From positions 26,846,001 through 26,910,000 of the forward strand of contig CM119376.1 in NCBI GenBank assembly GCA_051294905.1: a stretch of 64,000 nt of DNA, read 5' to 3'. Position numbers and translations under genes: made by a program. A model generated the notes under the pieces. That model saw only the letters and a program-made list of their open reading frames with translations, was not told the DNA's origin and ran no database searches. Below, piece by piece: positions 53,201 through 64,000 of the stretch (position 1 is its first letter; every line of letters begins with the position of its first letter). Source of the stretch: Botryllus schlosseri (Eukaryota).

Positions 53201-56200
53201 CATCAATACGCATATGTACCAAGGATGGAGAGGGTTCTTGTTTTCGGTTACCACCCAGCGAGTGCCCAAAAAGTTGGTGCACATACAGAATCCACTACAG
53301 CCCTAAGTATTGGCGATATATCTATAGACTTCCTCATCGCCACGGGATCCGCGTAAGCGATGTCTTACGAAAGCCTAGAAGTGAGCCGTGCTACAAGTCG
53401 GTAAATTCGGAATCATAATAAAGAATATCAGCATGGTGTAAAATGGTCAATGTATAGTCGAAACACCATAAAAATCAAAACAACTACAACTCACTGAAGC
53501 CATGTGATAAGGATTGGTGTGTTTGGATCGTGTTCAACCATTGGAATGGGTGTAAAGGAAAAGCAAAATTTAGTACCTATTTGCAGTCTATACGCTATGG
53601 TGGAGATCTGGTGATTTTCGATGCATGAAATGGCCGACCAGCAGCGAAAGATAGCGTGGTAGTTGATCTATGGTTAGAATCCACACTACCAATCATCCCT
53701 CAATTTGGCAACGCATTCCCGACATATATACTTTTATCATGTCATGCGCTGACGAACAAAAATGTCCTGCCCTGCCTTGCCTATAGGCCCGGTACAACAA
53801 CAATTAAATCTTTCGATGGTCGTAGATCCAGTAATAGTCCGAGATTATCTTCATGTTTCCCACAACCTCATTGCAACTCTTGTTTATGATGTTACTAATA
53901 TTCGCGGTTGATTACCAATAAGTGCTATTCACGTTACGGCCTAGCGTAGTACCGGAAGCCCGGCGGTTCTTTAACGACTTTGTAACTGATAATAAATGGC
54001 CTCTCTTCTTCCCGCAATTTCGTCACCAACGGCTCCGAACCTTGGATGTCGATTCTGACTTTTTGTCCTGGCAAAAAAAGTTCAACTCTAGACCGATCAT
54101 ATTTAAAAACGACAATGGAAAGTGAATTGTAAATGATATGCATATATGCCTGCTTTACGTTTCGAATTAATAATGATGTGCATGAAGATGTTTCAGCATG
54201 AGACATGGAGTGGAAGCTTTATAACTTTTTTGGAGAAGTTTTTTTATAGGCATATTTCAGTTATCATTTCATATCCAAGACCACAAGTTATTAAAGTAAA
54301 TTTTCACTTTGGAACAGGGGTCGTCAGGTCACATCTGCAACAAAAGTTAAATCCATCCAATCTTGGAACCAACCTGCCGACACGTAATCCCCGTGCTTTT
54401 TATTCCCACACAGTCTGCCTTGGGACTTGCCTGCTCTTATGTCAATCAGCTGCAAAATGAAATCGCCAACTGTAGGAACACGTGCTTTGAGTGTAGGCAT
54501 TCGGATTTTGAAATTATATATTCAATATAATAGGCCACGTCACCTTACACTGTGGTCGGAAAAGATATGTAGTTTCGTTAAGTGAATGCAAAACCCGATG
54601 TCCGATATTATCTTTGCACAGGGTGCAAAGGACCATACGTTCTTCGGCTTACCTCAAGAAACTGCTGCGTACATCCACTCCCGGTTTGCACACCGAAGTC
54701 TAGTTTCTCGAAAGCGATTTTAATGTTTGAATTGGGTATATCTGACGAAATGCTGAAATGATACATATATATCCTTAGTTAAAATTAAATATCTAAATAA
54801 GCACAAGAAACGTATATTTAGTTTAGCAGACATCATCAATAATAATAATGAATCGCTATACAATGAATAGTAGAAAAGTTGCATCACCGCGGAATCCCTC
54901 AGTCAATGAGCGATAATGACCATTTTCAGTCGAATGAGAATGAGTAGTTAGTTTCCGGAGGCGCTCCGTAACGAAGTTCTACTTTTTCGGAGTATTCAAG
55001 TAGTTCTCGCCTACTTGCACTACTTAATCTACAACTACTACTTAAGTATTGGTGTTTTCAGACAGCAGCCACTTCTACTTGAACAGTTCTTCAGTAGAAA
55101 GTAGTTTGTATCAGTTTTACGGATGAAATTGAGAATAGAATTGCGTGACATAGCCCATGTAACACGGTAACAGAATGTATTTTCGAATCTTGCAGCTATT
55201 GGAAGCGTCCCCAGTCAATTTACTTTAATCGCGAAGATGAAAGTAAGTTTCGTCGCGACGATTCCTCTGTCAAATATACTTTTCAACTACGTATACTTTC
55301 CATAGAGCTATTTTCTTCTTCCACTTGAAGTAGTTGTGACATATGTTGAAAATTGCTATAGTTCGACTTTTAATCGGGTAGAAATTCGTGGTGTCACTTT
55401 TACTTCCACTTAGTGGCAATCGTGACTTTTGGCCACCTCTGTTAGTTTTATGGAAATACATGAATTGACAGGCCAGCTTTGCAGCGTGGAAACGGATAAT
55501 TAAATAAAGGAACTGTAATTGATGTCTAGGTTATTGACGAAGGACATTTTGGTAGCGGTTCTTCCGAAGGTTACCAAACCGCTCATGACGTACGTTTCTT
55601 GTCGTCTCGACATCTGGAACGTTCTAGGAACGGTAATTATTTCAATCTTATCCAAATGCATTCCCTTCATTCGTCAACTGAGCATCATTTACGGTGTCAC
55701 TAGTACGACATGTGTCTGCTTATACACTTTTTATGGCCATCAAGGTCTGTGGACTCGCATATAGGGTGAAAAGTATTGGAAAAATAAACACATAAAACGG
55801 TTACAAGCGCATACAACTCATGTATTGTTAAAGGAAAGTGTTTATTATATATATATTCCACTTACTACCACGAGCATTGGAACTGAGTTGCCTGAATTTT
55901 ATGGAGGTTAACGGCGCTCTTTATCGTTCGCCAGGACACAGAAGCAGTCAAATACTTGATACAGTGAGTCCCTGTAAAAGGCACAAATTAAACGGTGAAT
56001 ACGCAATAAAACCGTAGTTGGGACACGGCACTCCGCCGAAATCATTGATAACTTTGTATCTATCATCAACCGTAATAATATGAGCGGACTGAACATCGCC
56101 GTTGACCGCTGGTCTAAAATTCCTTTGCCAGACACAGTGCAAAAGTGGATAAATTTCGCGAATAGTAAAGAAGCCATGACACATGACCTCGATACCACAT

Positions 56201-59200
56201 AGATAAATAGGCTGCAAAGGTGCCACTCGTGTTGTCTTCAACTTTAATTTGAGACCACATCATATTTAGAGCGCAGTGCCGCTAGAAAAGGTGACGATTG
56301 TTGTCGAACACGGGAAGTTTTTTTTATTATGTCAGATGGGTTGACCAAGGTTATTTATAGCTGCGATGCCTTAACAATATGAGGGGCGAACGGATCAAGA
56401 TGTCAGTTTCAGTGTGATGGAGGGGGGCTTTTTTATGGTACAATTAGGTCGTGAAGTCTTACGATTTTATTATGCAATAACAATAATTGATATGATCAGC
56501 ACAGAAAGGTCTTCACGCATCGTCAATAATGTAATCTTTATAATGTAATATTTTTATTGTCACTTCGTCATCATGATCGAGCGGACTAACCTCATTTTAG
56601 ATTTCAAAACCACAACCCTCCCTATAACACAAGTCACCAGTGCAATTTGCTAAAACCTGCCTATTTTTCTAATGTTTCAACGATTCCCTACTAATAAACC
56701 AAATCTATAGGCAAGCGAGCTGCTGAACTTGTGGGTTGGCGGTTCACGACTAATGAGACGATTTTTTTTCTTCAGATCTTAATCTGCTGATATGACATTC
56801 TATTATTTGCACATAGGTGAAGTATATATGAACCAGGAATGTGAAACACGATGGTAATCTTAACACCAAACTCGTTTGACAAAATCCATCAGTAGGAATG
56901 TTTTTGTGCACTTGTATGGACTCCTGTGCTGGAAAAGCTATTATATTTTCGCATTATTTCCAGGTATTGAACACTGATGCATTGGAACTGACTGCATTAC
57001 TGGCGTAACGTATTAGGGCTACATATCAATCAACACTTCTGCCTCCAATTGCCCTACTCGTTGTTAAAATTGTTTCGCCAGGTCACTACGTGTCTACGTG
57101 CAATGCACATCGTGCAATGTGCATATCTTTATACGTCCCTACGTTCAATCATCATTTGGATTAAAACAGTGGTCCGCAAACTAGGGGGCTCGACCCCTTG
57201 GGGGTGTGAACGCAGCTGAAGGGAGGCGCGAAGCCGCCCGACAGAAATGATGTTTCTTGAACTCGGAATGAGTTTAATTTGGGGTGAAACTTCCAAGTTC
57301 CAGCAACGGCGATAATCCTAATTATATCACCATATAAATGTCTTAGTTGCGTTGTACATCGATGCTAGATTTTGACCGATATCGGACCTATGGTACCGAA
57401 GATGTCTCCGGATTATGAGTAACTGAATGAACGTAGCTGTTAGCTGATGCTATCATGGTTTGTATATTAAACATATGTGCAGATTGCGTTGAAATGCACA
57501 CATTCATGTCATGCCTTAAAATATGCTTTTTGAATCTAAGAAACAAGGATTTAAATCGAAGTGGCTCACAACGTCGAACTCCGAGTAGTTCCTTCATCAG
57601 GACACGCTTAAAAAGCGCATTTTATGGCGGCCCAAAAGTACTCAATTGAATTATTCTCATGCCGAACACCTGCGATCCGTTGAGAAAAGTATATAGTGAC
57701 AAGTGACAAGTTTAAATGACGTGCGGCCCGTCCTGTTGGTTTTGAAGTTAGCATTTTTAGCTTATGCTCATGTACCTTTGAGCCAAGCTCAAGTCGGGCA
57801 AAAGATGCTATTACACCCAAATTCGCTAAAATATGTATATTGTATATGCTACTTGCTACCATTGCGCATGATTATTTTTGACAAGTTATTAACCTGAATT
57901 TTTTTCTTTCAAGTTATAATTAGTGCCCTGGGATGAGTCCAAAATTCAGATTTGAAACATCTCTCAACAGTCATAACCTTCCGTGACATCACATGGATTA
58001 CAAACATTCTGATTGCTCTTTTTTAATATCCTTTTGATATCACTATCATCAAGAGGGGGGTGTGTTAAAAAAGTTTGAGAACCACTGGATTAAAATGTTG
58101 TGTTTGTTGAACACACACTTTTTCTCTAAGAGTGTTTTCTTAGTAATTTAAATGCGAGGCAACAGTACCAGTAGGGCGGTTATCCCACGTTTCCTGAAAC
58201 GAAGTGACTAATGTGGAGCAACCTGTACCACTTCCACGAAATAAACCAATATCATTGACTTTTAACCTGTTGCCCTTTTCGCCCACCTTGACTGGTCGTA
58301 GTTTGCTTGAAATTAATATAAAAATTCAGTAAATAATTAAATCAAGTGTGTCTCACGTGGATATACTTCTGACATCATACACTTCAATGGGGTAGCTGGC
58401 ATTTGAGGCTAATTTCCAGCGAACGAACAACAAAATGCTGCTTCTAATTGCCCATGAAAGTGCGCGCATGAATTTGAGCTCCCCTTGATTTAAATATGAA
58501 CCTGGACAAAGATCAAGAACAACGAGAAAAGCCAGAGGGCCATCTGTTACACTAGGCGCCGCAAAATACATTCCTCCGTATGATAGGCTTACCATATTTT
58601 GGAAATGTAAAAAGAGGACACTTTTTCAGAAATTTCAGACATGCAAAACTGAAGAAGAATTCTCAAAAACCGGTAAATTTTTCCCACTTCGTGATCGGTT
58701 GACTAAAAAAAAAAAAAAAAAGGTCTTCTCTTCGCTCAGAGCTAAAATCACCGCTTTTCCCTCCGAAATCCCCGCCGGAGCTTCACTTCTGCGCTAATTT
58801 GCGGCATATCACTCGCAATTTCCTCTAAATCTGACCTACATTTTCAAAAAAGAGGACACAATCTCAAAAAAGAGGACAAAAGGGCGTCCTCCGAGGATAC
58901 TTTCAAAAAAAGTCAATAAAAGAGGACGTATGGTAAGCCTACCGTATGATAACATAATTCCGATCAGTGCATATCGAAACAATCACGCAAATTGTCCCAG
59001 TATCTATCTACGAGTCTGATGCGGTGCGTGAATTTGAATAGAACCGTAGATTAACAATATATATTGAACAATTAAGGGGCCGCAGGCTCCAGAATGTGTA
59101 ATTGTACAGGTATGTCCCTTCCTGTTTTACATACTACCCCTAGAGGCAACAAATCATTAAGGGGTTCGATGTGAGTGTAATTTTTCAATGTTCGATATTC

Positions 59201-62200
59201 AATATGTCGTCTTGGAACTGGTTTTGTTCACAAGATGCCCCCAGGATCTAAAATATTGGTCGCCGCGAGCCTATCGGGTAATCGGAAGCGATCGGATAAT
59301 AATTACAAGTATTCAGTTTAAATGGCATAGTAGCCCGCGATCAAGGATCTATTTCCTTCCCTGTTTAACAATGTGAGTATAAATTGGAACGATACCGAAT
59401 TACTAATTTAATGAATTCAACCATCTGTGTTGTACAATCTACTCTTAAGTGACGTAAAGCGCATACTTGAATTGCCACCTGATATGAGAATAGCCTATAA
59501 TAAGGCCAATGCCCACCATCAATCCATCATACGTGTAGTGCGGACAGCGAGTCTATGGAAAGCGACAACCTGCGATGTGGGTCGCATCAACGCATGTTGG
59601 GGATTCAGCTTTCCGCCCAATTCGTAACGTTACTATTCGCATACGCATACGTCATATTTTGTGATACGATTGTTGATATACAATGTTCTTTACAATTCTC
59701 TACTAGTTGCTGACGATTACCCCTGACGAGGCTCAGCCGAAAATATTCGGGTTCATTTCAATATGAATATACTATTCAATTGTATATTGAGCTCTGTACC
59801 TCCAAGAAGCTCTTGTAATGTACAGTGTCCAATCGTATATTTCGAGCACTGGCATTCAAATTAAAAAACTCTATGAGCGTTTGCACGTTGACATTGTCCA
59901 TTTCCTATCCAACGATGCAATATACAGGCTTCCTTGCTAGATCTCTATACACTCACAGCCGGGATCGTGGTATTTCTGTTCTCCTTTCTTCACAGTAACG
60001 GGTGGAATGATTATTGGAAGGTCTCCAACTGAACAAAAACGAAAAGAGGAGTTAAAACGCACATGCTGCACAGCATTTTGAATTATGAGCACTGATTCAG
60101 AAATACGTCTCGGAACCAGAGGTGGTCAGAGTAGTCAAGAAAGCTCCTCAAGTAGAAGTAGAAGTACTTCTTTCATAAGCAACCTAAAACTACTTGTAGT
60201 AGAAGTAGAATTGACTGACTTTAGGTCTACTCAAGTAAGTAAGTATGAAAACGATCGCATTTCGTTCGTATGGAATGTCAAAAGCTGCAAATGGAGCTAT
60301 GCGGAAGGTGTAGAGAGCTTGATTCATATTGATGCATCCCAGGAGGTGCTAATTTTTGACAGAATAAGCAGTCGTCCACATCATGGCCCATGGAATGTAA
60401 ATGATGGTATTGATATGGAAATGCGATACTCTTCCTTTGTTTACTCGAACACCCGTTATAGAGAATATCATGGCATGGCGCCCTACCCCATACTATAACG
60501 TCCCTAGTTCAGTCGAAGAGCTATACGGAGAAGTTGTGTCGGATAAGGCTTTAACACTTCGCGTGATTAGTATACGTTAATTAAAAATATGACAGATCGT
60601 AAAAATGCTATACAGTGTATAGCTTTTTTTCGGAAAATGTAAGGCATTGCTGCACTTGCTTTTATACTTCCACATGTATGTTCTCCAGACAAAAGAAATG
60701 AAACTATAATAAGAACTCAAGGTATAATACTCGTAATTGAAAGAAAAATACCAGATTAGGACACGTCATGGACTGCTAGATATAATAGGTATGTGCTAGA
60801 TTGAAATATTTGATATAGGTGACAATGCGGTGTGAACGGAACCACGCAACCCGGTATCTAAATTATATTTAGCGCTACTTTCGTTAAACATATTTGTCAC
60901 TCCATATCTATTGTGCGCGATGCGCAACGAAAATTCTGGGTATTACATGAAAACTAAATGTTGGTACTACGTGAAAACAGCCCCGAAATTCCTTGGGCTA
61001 TCTTTCTTATTGCGGGATTAAACTACTTCTCCTTGACAAACTGAAAATAGCGAAAAGTAAGTTAGTAGTTCACAAAATATTACGAAGTAGAAGTAGCGTA
61101 AAAAACATATCTACTTGAGTAAGTACCAGAAGTTGAGTAAAACTACTTGAGTACTTCGAAAAAGTAGAAGTACTTCGTTGCTGACCACCTCTGGTCGGAA
61201 CAGACACGGGAATCGAATGCAATATGTCGCATTGAATGGTTACTATACTCAATCGAGTAGTAGATTAGCCGTTATCCGGATTGGCTTCTATATTTAGAGA
61301 CCGCGAATTAGTCAATGTTTGTGGTTTAACTGCGTTCCTGGTGATGCCACGTTAAAACAGCGACCTAGATCTACCATTGAAGTCGATTTGATATCAGACG
61401 ATCTAAAGATCAGGCGTCAGTATTGGATTGAATTGTATGGAGTATAGTCAACAACAATTTTTTCTTTAACTTGTTTCACAAAAGTTTTGTCGACACAATG
61501 TTATCGCATGACATGCGAGACACTTTTCGGCTCATTCTATGAAACCCAAAGTCTTGTTAATCAGTAGAAACGAAATATTCATCAATCGCGTTCGTCATCT
61601 GGATGTTGATATGAATTCAACCTGCAACATGCGACCGACCGACCACGACCACTGCCCACCGAGGTTAGTGTTAGACATACGATTCAGTGGTGAGATAGCG
61701 TAGCGATATGATCCACACCTGTAACACCAAAGGGCTGCGGGTTCGAGCACGACTGGGGTCTACTCCAGAATTCCTGCCCAAGCGTTTGAGGTTTACCTAG
61801 GCTCCTCTTCCACGTGATCCGCGTAAGCGGAATCTTATAAAAAGCCTGGAAGTGGGCCGTGCTAAAAGTCGGTAAATACGGAATGAAAAATAAAAAGAGT
61901 ATCGACCTATAGTGTAAAATGATCAATGTAGTCGAAACACCATGAATATCAAACAAACAAATAAACGATTCAAATTCCACTGTTGGCTGATAATTACTTT
62001 TACGCCGCTTCGAGTGCGAGGTTTTCTTTGCAATGTTTCTACAGACAACTATACGGTAGACTCCGCTTAATTGGAACACTTTGATCTCGCTGACTTTGGC
62101 CTAAATAAGCGGAAACGTGGCTTTGTCTTAATTAGCCGGAACTTCAATTGTTCGTTACATATGGTCTGGTCATACGCAGGGCTGCATTTAAAACAAGAAT

Positions 62201-63997
62201 CAATTTAAAACAAATATTTTTAAAACAAAGCCCTAATTTAAAACATGTTTTTTTTTTCTTTTTCTCAAGTCATGACGTCACAAATAATCAATTGTGACGT
62301 AATAGTGGATTGACATCGACAATTGAAAAGATAGGTTAAATATAGCTCCTTTGACGAAATACCACTATTAATGTTGAACCGACTATTTTGAGGGTTCCAA
62401 CCATCCCATATCGATATACTTCGGCTATATCGGTTGGTAATTGTCCATAGGCTCATACAACATGTTTTTTGGAAAGTATCTACACAATTATGGCATACAA
62501 CTTTTGAAAAAAACAATTTTTTAAATTGCTTTTGTTTAAAACACTGTTTAAAACAAGTGTTTTAAAACACCGTTTGTTGTAAATGTAACCCTAGTCCTAT
62601 GCAAAGGCAGACAGTGCATTGAAAATACCGTCGTGATGTGTACTTAATGAATTAATTGCAGCTGCTCTATAATGGAGTAACTGGCACTGACCGCGTAAAG
62701 CGAACCGTCAGGTTAATTGTATTGTACAGTACTATCTCGATAGGCCTATACCAAACGATTTAAGAATTAATATCTACTATATTGTCGTTACACTAACACT
62801 GTTGCCCTACCTCGCCCAGACATTGCTTCATTGATAATTTGCTACCATTGTTTAATTTTTTTCTACTTTCCTTTCCTAACTAAACATTTTTTTACAGCCA
62901 GACTGTTCTGAGTCAAGTGTACCTGTTTGATGCTGGTGTGATCAGACTAGATGACCTTCACGGTCTTATCGATCATTCCTATCTAATACCGAATACTGTG
63001 CACGCATATTTTCTGTACCACATTCACTGCCGTTTGTCATGTATTTTGGTTCGATGAAAATAAAGACTCTCTCTCTCTCTCTCTATTTACTATATTACTG
63101 TGTAAAACACTCGGAATTAAAATAGTACAGTTATTCTTCAACGGCGGAAGGACCATTTTCACCTGATAAAATTACTCCACGAAACAGTAGGAAATTATAA
63201 AAGCAAAAAGCTTTTATCTAAGGGGTAAACTTTTCTGTGCCATTCTGTTCCACAAGACGGACGTAATTATACCGAAGCAAAAGGGACTATATAAGGCTGG
63301 CACGGCCGCATTTTTAATAATAACTTTTTAATGATTAGGAGAACGTTAATGTTACCGGAGCACTTTCGCGGTGGAATCAAAGTATCTTATGTTCATTTTT
63401 CAAACTTTGAGATCCATTTTTCAAATTTATAGAAAATCAAGTTTTTCTGAAACTTTCATTTTTTCTGTGATATCTTGGCTATGTTTATGTTTTTCTCATT
63501 GTTTCGAAGATATGACCAAAAGAAAATGAAAACTTTGCTAAAGGTAATTTCATCAAAATATGTAAAATGGGCATAACTTAGTATGATTCCACAGCGACGA
63601 TATATACTATATATTTTTATGAACTCGACGTAACTCTTGCAACCATGAAAATTATCAACCTGTATATTTAACGTATCTCATCACAGCCGTTCAATAAAAG
63701 ACGAAAAGGCGAATAAGGCGATAAAAATAACATAGTATGAGTGTGCGGACAAAGTATAAGACACACATGCGAGTCGCAAAGTCGGCATTAGTTGTCGAAA
63801 GGTCGTCCTATATGTCCCAAAAATCTCCGTCGCAAAGCCGCAAGTCTCGAACATATCAATAGTTACTCACTTTTAACTGATTCTCGTCTGCTTCTTATGG
63901 TCATCGAGTCGCATAATGACGTGAGATAAACGAATAATGTTATCGAGAAGAAGTAAACTTTGCGGTGACATAACTTACGCATCCCAACCGTGCCCAT
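50272..63997 (-). CDS. CUB-domain type I transmembrane protein, paralog C (Lys/Arg-rich tail)
   Basis: Exons 63997(or 63982)-63871 (signal peptide MRKLCHRKVYFFSITLFVYLTSLCDS), 60028-59957, 55971-55866, 54752-54653, 54449-54374, 54067-53938, 52766-52672, 52606-52477 (TM: VWQIAIIVFVASALVACMVGVFI), 51601-51526, 51423-51333, 51056-50272; all phases join. CUB: WTHC..QCSWYISSDIPNSNIKIAFEKLDF..GCTQQFLELID..RLCG..GQKVRIDIQG..PFIISY. The frame is open at the window edge, so a further upstream start is possible. Confidence 0.87.
53250..53490 (+). mobile_element. 5'-eroded SINE copy (family of 61684-61965)
   Basis: GATCCGCGTAAGCG...GCCGTGCTACAAGTCGGTAAAT...GTGTAAAATGGTCAATGTA..GTCGAAACACCAT matches ~61810-61950. 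Confidence 0.75.
54956..55441. mobile_element. CTACTT-family element
   Basis: Decayed left TIR, right end TGGCCACCTCTG; TSD TTAGTTTC / TTAGTTTT. Confidence 0.75.
57167..58087. mobile_element. hAT-type non-autonomous element
   Basis: CAGTGGTCCGCAAAC / GTTTGAGAACCACTG; perfect TSD GATTAAAA. Confidence 0.85.
58584..58941. mobile_element. hAT-type MITE (TAGGCTTACCATA)
   Basis: TAGGCTTACCATA / TATGGTAAGCCTA; perfect TSD CCGTATGA. Confidence 0.92.
59650..59815. repeat. Dispersed repeat family (core CTACTAGTTGCTGACGATTACCCC); fragments also at 1-72, ~370-395, ~500-690, ~30200-30305, ~51110-51215
   Basis: Recurrent GCTGACGATTACCCC...ATATTCGGGTT(C/T)ATTTCAATATGAATAT...TTCTGTACCTCCAAGAA in both orientations. 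Confidence 0.8.
60117..61193. mobile_element. 1.08-kb CTACTT-family element (uninterrupted homolog of 29203-31809)
   Basis: TIRs CAGAGGTGGTCAG / CTGACCACCTCTG; TSD CTCGGAAC / GTCGGAAC. Confidence 0.9.
61684..61965 (+). mobile_element. tRNA-derived SINE with a (CAAA)n tail
   Basis: A-box-like GATAGCGTAGCG, B-box GGTTCGAGC, body shared with 53250-53490, tail CAAACAAACAAATAAAC. Confidence 0.7.
62177..62593. mobile_element. MITE (TAGGGTTGCATTTAAAAC family)
   Basis: CAGGGCTGCATTTAAAAC / GTAAATGTAACCCTA; body is the inverse of 33017-33420. Confidence 0.8.
63366..63599. mobile_element. Short TIR element; second, interrupted copy at ~400-860
   Basis: CGCGGTGGAATCAAAGTA / TATGATTCCACAGCG; internal TTTTGAGATCCATT and AAGAAAATGAAAAC shared with 410-860. 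Confidence 0.7.
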
Positions 63998-64000
63998 GAC

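Noticed and set aside
56024-56128. Candidate exon upstream of paralog C's WTHC exon (RNFRPAVNG...GGVP)
   Set aside because: Weak donor. The exon at 60028-59957 has consensus splice sites, the right phases and homology to paralog A (IIPP...P-x-W).
57388-57897. Several short ORFs, one signal-peptide-like
   Set aside because: Inside the hAT element 57167-58087; no linkage to a gene model.
60085-60498. 137-aa ORF
   Set aside because: Lies almost wholly inside the 60117-61193 TIR element; no protein motif.

Overview
AT-rich eukaryotic (animal) genomic DNA with GT-AG introns and very dense short DNA-transposon insertions. An invertebrate chordate such as an ascidian is plausible but is inference only. 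I spliced the gene models by hand, requiring consistent exon phases. The left end carries three minus-strand genes: the 5' six coding exons of a C1-domain RASSF1/5-like gene (runs off the window), a compact Polyhomeotic-like gene (HD1+FCS+SAM) and an intronless SEM1/DSS1. The remaining ~52 kb holds three paralogous multi-exon genes that the ORF track shows only as fragments (A: + 12534-24312; B: - 28627-41488; C: - 50272-63997). Each encodes signal peptide - one CUB domain - stalk - one TM helix - long disordered cytoplasmic tail. The paralogs share a P-x-W-x-H-C entry motif, a C-x-x-Q change at the CUB calcium-binding Asp, a stalk (I/L)YG motif and most intron positions. Their tails are very different: Tyr-rich, RS/basic with PPxY, and Lys/Arg-rich. 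This receptor-like cluster is the main candidate for an undescribed system. Introns and intergenic DNA hold many hAT-type non-autonomous elements with 8-bp TSDs, a 5'-truncated CR1/L2-group LINE and tRNA-derived SINEs.
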